Positions 12,573 to 25,800 of a stretch of DNA of 64,000 bases are shown piece after piece. The stretch is from Selaginella moellendorffii. Its lineage: Eukaryota > Plantae > Lycopodiophyta. Made by a program: the position numbers and the translations under genes. The first letter of the stretch is position 1. Each line of letters opens with the position of its first letter. The stretch covers positions 248,001 to 312,000 of the forward strand of contig NW_003314318.1 in assembly GCF_000143415.4 (NCBI RefSeq), given 5' to 3'. The notes under the pieces are model-generated. The model saw only the letters and a program-made list of their open reading frames with translations, did not search any database and was not told the origin of the DNA.

Positions 12573-13145
12573 ATGGCAAGCTCTACTGCCATCCTCGTTG
12601 CTCTTGTTGCTCTTGTTGCTCTAACCCATTGTTTTGTACCAATCCCACTCGCAGCAGCCACTTCCTTCAACGTTGTCAATCGCTGCGGGCGCTCGCAGAA
12701 CATCATCGTCCGCGAGAACGCCGGGGGCCCCTCGATCGGAACCTCCGGATTCACTCTCGCCCCCGGCGCATCTCGTGGACTAAATCCTCCGAATCGCTGG
12801 GCGGGAAACATCGGCACTGGAACTCCCGGCCTCCTGGCCGAGTTCTCGATCAACCGCAACAGCAACAATGACTTCTACGACGTGAGCGCCGTGGATGGCT
12901 TCTTCATCGACACTGGGATGAGCATCACTGGATCTGGCAGAGGTCTAATTTGCCGACCGGAGGCAGCGACTTGTCCGAACAGGAATGGGAATACTTGTGC
13001 CAGTCCCAACCGGAACGATCCAAACTCTCAGTACGCGAAGAACGTCCGTGCCAGATGCCCGGATGCCTATAGCTGGTCTGGTGATAACACCAAGACTTTT
13101 GGCACTGGAACCGGAGGAGCTTTCACCATTACGTTCTGCCCGTAA
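12573..13145 (+). CDS. Secreted thaumatin-like (PR-5 family) protein, intronless, reduced form
   Basis: Hydrophobic signal peptide; FNVVNRC, GFTLAPG, LAEFS, DFYDVSAVDGF, CPDAYSW, FTITFCP. Confidence 0.92.
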   Translation: MASSTAILVALVALVALTHCFVPIPLAAATSFNVVNRCGRSQNIIVRENAGGPSIGTSGFTLAPGASRGLNPPNRWAGNIGTGTPGLLAEFSINRNSNNDFYDVSAVDGFFIDTGMSITGSGRGLICRPEAATCPNRNGNTCASPNRNDPNSQYAKNVRARCPDAYSWSGDNTKTFGTGTGGAFTITFCP

Positions 13146-13532
13146 GCGATGATATATCAATCAATTACTATGCAGTTAATAACTTGACTTGCCCACGTTT
13201 AAGGGTAAATAACAAATAAAGAAAACTCTCAAACTGGTAGCATGAGAAAGAGTTGCGAGTCCCATCGCCTTACGAAATGAGCCCGGAGCTGTAAAAAGAA
13301 GCTCTCAAGATCATTGACGCCTAGATTTTCTGATGGAAGACCTCTCATCCCATTTGTCACACGCTGTGCTATGTGAGAAAATTGGAAAGCTTTTGTGATT
13401 GATCCGTTTTCCTTCGCCCAAATCATCAACTGGATTGACTATTCTAATGGATTTTCCATGCCTCTGTGCGACGTCTTCCTCCCCAAAATTATCATTCATA
13501 TATATTAAAGGTGTGGCAGGAGGCGGTCCCAG

Positions 13533-13603
13533 GTAAAGGAATGCGAGCTAACTTCAGCGACAGTGGCTGCTTTGGATTTAGCATCCAGAAACACATTGAT
13601 CTC
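13533..13603 (+). pseudogene. RPL11: Short fragment of a 60S ribosomal protein L11 (uL5) gene
   Basis: VKECEL, a frame-shifting gap, then NFSDSGCFGFSIQKHIDL, versus plant RPL11 [27 protein letters not shown] (recalled). Confidence 0.75.
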
Positions 13604-13942
13604 ACGATGTCTCGAGAAGGGGTTGCAGATCCTCTTGAAATTTCGTCAACGTCTTGACCATTTAATTGAAGCCATGAACCGATCAGCTGGAGGCTATGGC
13701 GTACAGCAGGTGCTTGCTAGGTCATGCCATCCTAAGATCCTAAAAACAACGTGCCGGGTTCGAATCATTGTCGTGTTTACTTGTAGATAAAATAAAACAA
13801 AGAATGTCCCACTGGAAGGAAGAAGAAGAGTAGATTCGCAAGGCCAATCCCGAGTAAAATGATACAATGTGGAGCAACTTTTCTACTTCCGTCTCTCGGA
13901 TTATTCCGGGCCGAACAAAAAAAGAGAGAACCAAACACAAAC

Positions 13943-15610
13943 TCAAACACGGATGTTGTGGCTTGCGATTCTGTAGAGGTTCCTGTCGAGCGAAGATCTG
14001 TGTGCTTTTGCCTCGGAAGCCATTGATGCCACCTGTTGTTTTGCACACGAATGAATCATGAGAAACTTAGCAAGGAAAACAAGCTCTACCTCCGCTCGCA
14101 GATGAAAGGCGGGTTTGCCAGACATGTCTCTCAGCTTCTCCAAGAGTCCTGAAACAAAATCATAAGAGAATAGAAGTGGAGTGATTCGTGCACCAACCTT
14201 GCGCATGGTTCTCTGTTTTGTACATGCTCTTGACAAGCGAACGAATCTGACTTCCAGCATTCCTGCGCGTTACAAACAACCAATAAAAACCAGGGCATAA
14301 CCACACAAAAAACCTACGCCATTTTCGACTGGCCCCTCAGAAATTCATCTTCCGCAAGCCTGAACCTCTCCTGAAAAGGATGTGCGTAAGAACGAGAGAG
14401 TTGGAAATCAGCCGCGCGAACCTCGAGTTTTCTCTTTTCGTTCTTCTGTAGCTCAAGAGCTTCACGCAGCTCCACCACCTTCTTCTGCGCGCTTGCTGCC
14501 ATCGCCTGGAAAGAAGAAGCGATTTAAACCAACAAAACATAAGAACATGCAAACCTCTTGGCTCCGGAAACGTCCCAGCGTGTACTTAAACAGTAGCCTT
14601 CTGGGGCCTGTTCCAGGTATTTAAGGTCGCACTAACTCACTTGCAAAGATCAATACTTACGTCGTAAGAACAGAAATGCCGCACCCGTTGCCACCATTGC
14701 AGCCATTCCAGGACTAGCAGTAGCAGCTTTCACACCATCTGAGAAGAGTAAACATATAAATCATCGAGCAAAAGACCAGAACAAAAGAGAAAAAAACCTT
14801 TCAAAGTTGAGAAGAAAACGTTCTCGTACTCCCGGTACTCCCGCTTGAATCTCCAAAACATGTCCTGCAAGATACGTCCTGCACGACGTCAAAAGAAAAA
14901 TCCCTGTAGAAAAAAATCCATGGCGCTACACAGAAGCTTGTACGTACTTTCGCGTAGTAGTACTGAGTGGTGGACGAGTCCTGGAGCTCGCTAAGCTGGT
15001 TGCATGCCGCTCTCACGGCAACGTCCGTCGTCTCCGACATGCCATTCTTCAAAAACTGTGCTTGAGCCACCGCGAATTCCACAAAAGGAGCCGCCACCGC
15101 CATCACCGAGTCCACAACTGGGTCTTTGCGATCGTGATCCTTGTCCTTCTTCCCGTCCGAGTGAGCGCTCGCCACGGCCGAGCTCATCCTCTCATACAAT
15201 GCGTTCACCACGTCCTCACTGCTCTCCTTCTCCATTTCTCCATTCTTCTCCTCCTGTTTTTCCTTGAGGAGATCCTCCTCGTGGCCTTCTTTCTCAGCTC
15301 CTTGCACTCGATCCGACGTTAGCTCCGGCCCCTGGACTTCCTCCGCCGCCCATTTCGATTCCTCTGGCACCTCCGGCTGCGCGATATTCTCCGCAGCGCT
15401 CTCATCGACCTCCTTGGGAGCGTCGGCACCATTCTCTGTCGCCTCAATGCTCTCGCTGCTTTTCTCCTCGGTGGCGCTCTCCTTCTCTCCTGAATCTACC
15501 TCGGAAGATCGCTCTCCGGCTGGCGCAGCAGGAGAATCATCCATGACAGCCGGCGGCGAATCCAGCGCCTCCTCCAGAGCTTCCGCAGGGATGTCCTCCG
15601 CGACAGGCAT
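13943..15610 (-). CDS. RHIP1: RGS1-HXK1-interacting protein 1-like (multi-exon) with acidic low-complexity N-terminus
   Basis: Spliced product includes EYREYENVFFSTLK, PRRLLFKYTLGRFRSQE, AEDEFLRG and LRAEVASMAS..NIRV*. Exon 1 15610-14948, exon 2 14864-14798, further short GT-AG introns. Confidence 0.8.
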
Positions 15611-15725
15611 TGCGCTAGAACCCTAAAACTCCAAAAGCCCTAAAATGTAAACGCCCTTTTACACCTCGCACAAACCGGGGAAGATCCGTGCCGTCCACTT
15701 GTCGTGCAATTCTTTCTTCCCATCT

Positions 15726-17009
<1,284 letters not shown>

Positions 17010-17382
17010 TAGGGTTTCTCGGGTGGTTTTAATTTTTAGGGCGATAGGAGGAAATGCGTGAAGCCGGACGATAGCGCTTGAGATCGCGATCGCTGTCTGT
17101 CTACTGCCACTGCGGATCACGCAAAGATTCAATCGCTTTGAAAATAATATTACATCTCAGGTAAGCCAATTCCTCTCGAAATTCTCAGCTCGAATCGTTG
17201 AAATCTCGCTCAACGCGCATTCTCGATGCGGAGGTTCTTGGATCGCTGCCGAAGAGATCGCTGTCGATCGAAGTGATAACAGATTTATTCTCTAGTCTAG
17301 GATGAATCAATCAACCAAAAGCTTGGATTTTGCCAGTCTCGTAATTATATAGAGCCCCCCCGAGCCGATGGATCGATGATGA

Positions 17383-19861
17383 TCAAGAACACTCCCAAGA
17401 TTTTCCTGGCGAGCCGCTGTTCCCAGCTCCAGCTCCAACCCCGGCCGAGGAGGATTTCATCGAGTTGTTGTCCCGCTGGCCACTGCTGTTACTGAAATCC
17501 ACCATGTTTGGAGGCATCCTTCCCATAATCCCAGGTACGTTCGTCGCTGCGCTCACTCCCAGGAAATCCCGCGTCATTCTATCGCTTCCTTCCTCCACCT
17601 TGGGCATCAATCTTCCTTGGAGTCCCGCTGCCAGCATTGCTTGCTCGCTGAAAGGATTGTTCTTCTTCCCGGCCATGCTGCGTACTAAACCATCCTCCGC
17701 AGACACCATCATTTGAGCGGATGGATTCTCCAGCGCCGCCGCGTTCACACCTCCCAGAAGCGATGAGTACTGGCTCATGTTTGCCGCTCCAAACACGTTG
17801 TATGAGCTCTGATCCGGCATCATGTTCATGTGCTCGTTAGATGATCGCGGGACATGGTCGCCGTAAGCCGAGGACGATCCGGAGCCGGACACCTCCGCCG
17901 AGACGTCGCTGGGTCGTCTCAGGAGCAGCTGCTGGGGTGGCGGCTGGGAAGAACTCGGCATGTTTCCTGGCGAAGACGATGACCTCCCACCAGGTTGGTC
18001 CTGCTGCCTACTGTTTGCATGCTGCCAGAGAGCCCCCAGGTTGAAAGAGTTGCTCGACTCCGATCCAGCCAGTCCGAATCCTCTGAGTAGAGAAGTGTTG
18101 CTCGCGGTTGCTCCCATCTGTGCTGCCTTTTGGAGCAGTGCCGTGGCGGACATCTGCGCCGCGGCCGATGCCGAGGGTCCTTGTTGCCGAGGAACTCCAA
18201 AGCTGGTCGCGTTGCTTCCGCTGGCTGACGAGAGTGAGAGACCCGCTGTTGCCGAGCCACCAGCCCCGCGAGCTTCCATCCTATTGTTAAACGCTGCTAT
18301 CATGTCTGCAATGTTGCCACCTCCCATCTGCTGCTGCTGTGTCGGCGAGTGGAATCCCTGTGCCGAGAGTCCCGAGTTTCCAAACGGACTGTTCGAGTAT
18401 AAGTGTCCTCCCGGTGCCTGTCTCGGCATGTCCATCTCGAGCTGTCCGAGAATGCCCGCCATCCCGACCCCGTTGTGAATGCCTGCATTGTTCTTGAGAG
18501 AAAACGGTGAGCCTCCGGTTGGCGACGACTCGAAGCCTCCCATGCTGCTGTCAGCTCCCGGGTCGACCCACAGCGAGAGTCGGGGTGCCGCTCCTCCCGG
18601 ACCGGCTGAGCCCCCGGCAGCCGCTCCCCATCGTTGCATTTGTTGGAAGTCGTCGCTTGGTACTAAGTGCTGCATTGCTCCCATTGCAGAAAGCTCGTCG
18701 CTGAATCCCACGCCGGCTGCTCCCGGAGGCATGCGGATCGCGTACTGACCGTGCGGAGAAGGTGGCATGTTGTTGTTGATGACTCCCTCCGGCAGCGGTG
18801 GCTTGCTCGTCCTGGCGCTCTCCTCCGCGAGCGCATCGCAGAAGGCACGATGCGTGATGAAGCTGTCCCTCCTGAGATAAGATGCCAACAATGGTCAGTA
18901 AGTACTCTAACCATATCTCTAGCGCTGCCTTCTTCCATCTAGCTATAAGCCTACTTCAGGTAGCATGCGAAAAAACTCGGATTTTTTGTCCTTTCCTTCT
19001 GGTACTCATTCGAGTTTTTGCAGGAATGTAGAGCCAAGCAAATTCATGGATTCATCCGCAGATATATCAAAGATGCGAGAGGGGCCGAGAATTGTTACCT
19101 GGAGAAGAGAGTTCCACAGTCACATCGATACTCTCGGGTGCCGCAAGTCTTCGAGTGCGCTTTCCAATCCGATTGCACAGCATACCGCTTGTTGCACTTA
19201 TCGCATTTCCACTTCTTCTCGCCATGCTTACGACAAAAATGCTTCTTGATGCCGGTCAGGTCCCCGAGCGCTCTGGATGGATCATGATGGACACAGCTGA
19301 CTTCTGGGCATATATACACTCGCTTGCGGGGCTCCTTGCTCGTCCTTTGCTTGAGCTTCCATGGGAGATTGTGGCCCCTCCGGTGGAGCTGCAGGTTCTG
19401 GTCTCGCTGGAAGCCCTTTCCACAAATTTCGCAGACAAATCGGTTTGTGGCCATGAGGGTCTTGGGTGATAATGCGATGACCTCCGCATCTGGGTCTGCA
19501 AAATTCGGCTGAGGTAAGAAGAAGAAAGCACTCAAAGGACTCGACTGACAACTTTATGGATTTGTTATGATCTAGGTCCCTTCGTGTGCATGCAAGATCA
19601 ATCAAACAACGAGAATTTAGAGATTTACGAATCACGAGAGTAATAAAGACCGAGACTTGTACCTGGAGTTCCTGGCAGATTTCTCTTCTTTTTGGCGGGC
19701 GGCTGCTGCGGCTGCTGCTGCTGCTGCTGTTCCCCTTGAGCAGCACCACCTGAGATAAACCCCGGGTTGAAGGAGCCGTGGAGATGAGCCTGCTGAACTC
19801 CAGAACTGTCTGCTCGAGTGCCGGAATCGCCAGACGCGGTTGTTATATTGGACAGCGTCAT
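17383..19861 (-). CDS. IDD: INDETERMINATE DOMAIN (IDD/BIRD) C2H2 zinc-finger transcription factor, 3 coding exons
   Basis: KKKRNLPGTP|DPDAEVIALSP..FVCEICGKGFQRDQNLQLHRRGHNLPW..CDCGTLFS|RRDSFITHRAFCDALAEE, plus MSATALLQKAAQMG and TRDFLG motifs. Exons ~19861-19663, ~19496-19099, ~18872-17383. Confidence 0.97.
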
Positions 19862-22800
19862 ATCTTCGCTCCGGCTGATGAACTCGAGCTCAATTTTGCT
19901 GCCTGGCCGATATACGGCCTCTCGAGGTAGAATTCTACTGTTGCTCCAGAAACCTTCTTTGCAATTGCTGCAGCTCTCGAGAGCACGATCTTCAGCACCG
20001 CAACATTACGCGTTCTGAGCTCTAGCCGCCCGGAGCCCGCTACCTAGAGACTCTTTGGAACCGACAAGGTGATTTTCCTGCAATTATCAAGGTTGGAGCT
20101 CGATAATTGTGTGCTTCTTGCTCACGGGAGAATCCTTGCGTTTGCAGATCGCTGGCGGCACATCTACCTCTCTCCTACAACTGGTCGGTACTGCTGTGAT
20201 CTCCAAATCCCGATACTGTGGATGCCAAAGAGAGGGAGATGACAATCTCTGGCTGCGCTGCCAAGAAACCGAAGAACTTCGCTGGAGCTGCTTAACAACG
20301 AAGAGAGATGGGAGAGAGAGAGGCGAAGAAAGAGATTGAGGCGGGGGAGGCTGTAAGGAACATGCCTTTCCCATGCGCTTGAGAAGATGCAAGTGTTAAC
20401 ATAGTCACATCCTTGTGCAATCTTCCTGTTGATCCAGCCAGCCAAGAGAAGGGACCACTGATGCTCTAATCGGAACAGCAGAGCCCATCTCGGAGCATTT
20501 ACAAAGGGACCACTTGATCAGCTCAACCAAACGGAAAGAGGAGGAGGAAGAGGAGCAGGAGTAAGAGCAAAAGCGAAAACAATGAACGACGAATCTCCAG
20601 GTAAACACCAAACTGTTTTTAACTTCTTTATCCTTGCGCTGGCTACGAGCAGCGTGTATGTGTGTGTTGTGTGTTGTGCGCCAGTGAGTGAGTGAGAGAG
20701 GAGAAGAGAGGATTGATCTTTTTCTGCTTCCTTGCGGGTGCTAACTATCGGCAAACTGCTCTCCACAGCCCTCGAGACGACGGAGACGACGAGGACAAAA
20801 CAAAGGAACGCCGTGTTATGTGCAAGCCAACAAGCAGATGGAAGCAAGCGGAGCTTTCAGCAGCAGCGCAAAAAACGCATTCGAGGAGGAGGCGAATGCA
20901 ACAACAACAAAGGTAGATCTACTTCTCTAGATCTGTTTGCTGCTGCTTTGCTGCTAGCTGCCGCTGGCTCATGCTGCTGCTGCTACTCTCCATTTTTCTT
21001 CCTCTCGCAACACTCTCTCTCCTTGAATTCGTTCCTTCCTTCTCCCAGAATAACACCACTAGTAGACACAGCACATTCTCTCTAGTCTATCCTGTGTGTG
21101 TAATATTTCTTCCTTTTTTTTTTGATTACTCCCTTATTCGTCTTTCTTTTGCTTTGCAGTGATTTAAAAGAGCAAACCAGTCTGTTCCAAGGTGGTCTGG
21201 AGTTCGAATCCTGTGTGAGTCCGCTCTGGCCTCCCCAAAAAAGATTTTCCCTCCTGGAGGAGGAATAGTTACTTATTCCCTTTGGCTGTTTGGGTGGGGG
21301 CTGAATGGATGTGTGCTACTCATGGATGGATGAATGAATGGCAAAAAAGCTTGCGTTTTGCAAACTGTTGAATGTGGTGGTGGTGGTGGTGGTACCAGTT
21401 GCTTTCATTTTCAAGCCCCTGCATTTCTCTCTTACATCACTTTGTGAGCTCCTCCTCCTCCTCTTCCTCTTCCTCCTCCTGTGATTGCTCTTTATGGGGA
21501 CAAAAGGCTTGTTAAATACCAAGCTAGAATAGAACAGAATAGAATAGTTGCATTGGCTGAGCCAGGAGCAGGAGCAGTAGCAGGAGGAGCAGCACAAGCA
21601 GATATTTTCATTCTTTTTTTCTAAAAAAGAAAACATCTCAAATAACTCTCATGTTTTCCGTGTATATTAACTGCCTTATTTTTCTTCCTGCTACTGGCTC
21701 CTTCTCAGGGGAATCTTGAGGAGAGCGGGGCCAGCATATGCTCTCCAAAATAGGAATGGAGCCTGTTTCAAGGACAATAATTTGGAAAAAAACACAGGGG
21801 CTACAGCCCCCAAAGAAATAATTAAGCAGCCAGCCTCTCCTCCATAACCAACTCTTCTAACAGGAATAACAAACTGCCTCTTCGTTTTGGCCATGGAATG
21901 AAGGAATCTCTGCTGCTGCCAAATTAAGGGCATGCAACCCCACAATAATACAACTTTGTTTCTTCCCCACATTTATGGGTGCAATTCTAGATTTGGAAAG
22001 AAAGGCTGTGCTGCTGGGGTGGTTTGAATTTGTAAGCACCAGGTTCAGATTTGTTGAACAATTCAATTCCACCCAAGAAAATGTCACTGTTGGACTTGTT
22101 TGAATGTGCATAAGAAAGTGAAAGTGAAAGGTGGTGCAATATTGCTACCCCTAATCATATTCAAATGTGAAATCTACACTACATGATCCTCTCCCTCACC
22201 CTTTTGCCCTCAATCAGCTTCAATCAACACACGACACTGAATGTACCCCGCAATGCGCACTGGAAGCTGATTGATACTGTCAAGGTTTTCTAGCTCTTTA
22301 GCTTAACTGTTATATAAGGCCCGGCCTCTCTTGGGAGCTTCAACTCTCCCTTCCTGCATTGGTGAAAGAACCAGGCAAAAAAGAATGACAGTACCCACAA
22401 AGCCAATAACAATGGAGAAAATGACTAGAGTTCAGAAGCTGGTGAAGCACTATCAAATTATAGTGATGTATGTTCTTTACGATTATGTATCGAAACCCAG
22501 GCTCAGCAGAGGTATATAAATTGAAACTTATCAAAATTTAAGCTTCGGGCACATGTCTGTTCAGCAGAATTTCCAGGGCTTAAAGAGAGAAAGATATAAT
22601 ATTTTCTTAATATGTAATGCATGTCTGTCTGTCACAGGTTTTACAGACACCATAACAAATGAAGTTAAAAGGTAACTTTCCAGGTGATATCAACTTTGTC
22701 AGGCTTAAAAATTACCTTTTGTTTTTCTCCTCTCCTCTAATATATGTTTAGCGGCTGATGAAATCTACTTCTGTCAATCTCAATGCACTTATGTAAAAGA

Positions 22801-25800
22801 GATCACTCGAGATCAATGGGGTTGCAATGCGCGCTCCAAAAGTAATGTGCGGCTCCATACAAATCCTTCCAAAACAAAGACCTCCCTTTCCCTTGTTCGC
22901 TTGCGCCACAAGTATATATACTAATAACACTAGCCAACATTCTTGAGATTTTTCGCTTGTATCCCTAGTTTGTTTGTTTTTGTCCCTCCGCAAAACACCA
23001 GAAGAATTGATTGATCCCAGCCCCTCCGGTGTTGGGACGTGAAAATGCACACATTCCCCTTCTTTGGAGCTATGTTTGGTGACGAGATCGTGGCATTATA
23101 GTTATGTACGCATGGCAAAACTATAAAAGTTAAGCAACTAGTATCATTAGAGCACTAGTTTAATCATGGTTTAAAAGTTTCCATTGAGTTCCGGGCCCGG
23201 TCAGCTTATGATTTTGGAATTGATTTTCGTGGGTCATGAGCAGCAACATGGCTGGACGACTGGCCAACAATCTGATCGATGCTGCGACTGCGGGGGCCAA
23301 AAGAAATCCTAGAAAAAAACTCTTGATTCACTGGAAGAAAGAGAGTAGACTACACACTACCACCACCACCACCACCACCCAAGAAGACGTGTTTCTACGG
23401 CCAAAACAATTTGCCCTCCATCCTTTTTCTCTAAAAAAAAGTCCTTTCCATAGTCAGGTATCTAACGAGGAGCCGTTCCTTGCGTTGGAGGCTTTCTGTT
23501 GGACACAAGCTGCTGGCGTTTTCTTGGTGAGAAGATTCCCCCCTTTCTTTTCTCGCAAGGGCCCAGGCAAATGCGAATATGCCACGCGAAGAGGCATAGG
23601 AATGGGTAGTAAAATCAAGGAAAATATTTCCTGTCATAGCTTATACGCGCCTCAAAATGTTATGAATTTTTGTGATATTGGTATGCGTTTGGTGGTGGGT
23701 AGCTGGCCTGGCCAGCGTGGCATGGTGACGTGTGCCATGGCCCGCGCGATGCCGACATCCACGAACGTGGCAAAGACGCCTGGGTGTCGGGGATGGCTTT
23801 GCATGGCCCCATCGCTGGCCATGACACGTCAGCGAGCTGGCATGCTGACGCGGCGCTTGCCGTGAATTGGAATTTCTGGTCATGTGTTGTACAGTGCAAA
23901 CCATTTGCATACGAGTCTAGGGTCAAGATTTTGAATCGATCTCGCGCTTTTGAAGTGTACAATCCGGAAGATCACAGGGACGCATTCTTGTGTATCGGGT
24001 GGTCCCGGCTCTACTCCTAACTCTAGGTTATGCAAAAAAAATGACCAGGACTCCAAAGTCATGGTTTCTACCTAGGATATCGACTTTTGCAGTTTGATCG
24101 AGCTGAGATCGCAATATGGATATAAAATTGGAGACAACAACGTGAACACCAAATATAATGAGAAAACAAATGTTATGAAGTTGGTCGTCCATTGGCATCC
24201 AGCTCTCCTGTTTGTTTGCAAACATCCCTCGGGAGGGGATGGGCCCCTGTTGGGAATATAACAGGTAATGCTGCTGTGTGAGACCGTCCGTATCATGGAT
24301 TGCTGTACCACTACAGTGGTGACATGCACGTAGCTATATACGTATGCATCCCCAGCGCACCGTACTTGAAAGTTGTGGAATGCACAGGGACATGAAAGCT
24401 TCACAGGAGGGTTTCCTTCCTTCATGATCTTATTATTTAAACAAAAACCTCTTTCTTTTTCTGTTTTCTCATTTGCAACTTGCTGGGCTGGGCTGGGCTG
24501 GAAAAGAGGGTGGTGCATTTTTCATATTGAATGCAACACAGAGCAGAGAGGAGTTAGGGAGTGAGTCTGATGTATGTGTGTTGTGGTCATATGCAGAGGT
24601 GGTGATACTTTTTGTTGCAGGACCCCTCCTGTTGCTGTTCCAACTTTCAGCTGCTTCTGTAAAAACTTCACTAAATGTGCCCTTTTCTTCACTGCCACCC
24701 TCCCTTCTGGCTTGAGAGATGTATATGGGCTGCCAAACAAAATGCCAACTTCTCTCTTACAAGAATAACAACAGCTCCATGGCTGCAACTTACTCATGCA
24801 GTGCAGGTCAGGTTGATATATATATATATACAAGAAAAAAGTATAAAAAAAAAGGAAATAAAGGCCAAAAGAGATGACGTGGCCTGTACGCACGTTGGCA
24901 TTCCGCTTGTCTCTCCGTACATGTGTGAATGTTTGCGGGGGTTTAATCATTTAATGCCGCGAGCGATGCCTAACCCAAGTACTTAGTTCTTCGTACGTTT
25001 TCTCTCCGCGTTACGTAACTGTGCCTGGAAAAGAACCGGTACGGCGTGGCCAAGTTCACGTGTGTGCCTGAGTTGAGGGGATCTTTGTATATCTTTCTTT
25101 TCACACTGTTGTTTTATAAGGAACTCTTTGGTGGAACTTTCACGAGAGTTCGCTCTCGTGTTGATCGAAGTTTCTTCTCTGTATGTTACAGCTTGATCAA
25201 TGAGAAGGGCTGGATCAAGATGGCACCCCAGGTTACAGAGAGTCATTCTTCTCTCGTGCAACGTAAAGGAGCAGCCATTTGTGACAAAAGCTTTGGAGCC
25301 CCACAGCGTTTGTCTCCTTCCTTTGGCTACAAACAAACGAAACAACGGGTGTGTGGTGCTGCACCCTCTCAAAAAACCAAAAACCAAAATCAGGAAAACT
25401 AGAAAATCTCTCCAAGAAAAGAGGTGGAAAAAGAAAAACGGGGTCAAGTCCCGAGCGTAAAAGATCACAACAGACGTGGGGATTTAAAAACGGTTGACAA
25501 ACGCCATTTTGACCCGCGAGCGATTGCTGAATTCGCGGGCATTATAGTAATTTATTCATACATATATATTCGGGTGAGATATTCCCTTCCATCTATATCT
25601 ATCTATCTGAAAGGTAAGAAAGACGAATACTTTTTCATGTCCATCTGTGTTTGCACTTGCATTCAATGACAGGAAACAAATCCCCAATTTCGCGCTGCCC
25701 TCTCGCAAAACAACAATCCATCGCAGGGGGAAGAAAACACACAAGCACACAAATCCGGGGACGGGGGACGAGCGGGCGATCGGGCGGGGCACGCATTCCC

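Noticed and set aside
13533-13603. Functional link between the RPL11 fragment (5S RNP protein) and the 5S-bearing TRIMs
   Set aside because: They are 46 kb apart with no shared structure; coincidence is sufficient.
17465-19512. Plus-strand ORFs overlapping IDD (and similar antisense ORFs over AQR, PHT3, RHIP1)
   Set aside because: Shadow frames of GC-rich coding exons with no recognisable domains.
22190-22210. miR477-like start CTCTCCCTCA
   Set aside because: Only ~10 nt match and no complementary arm nearby.
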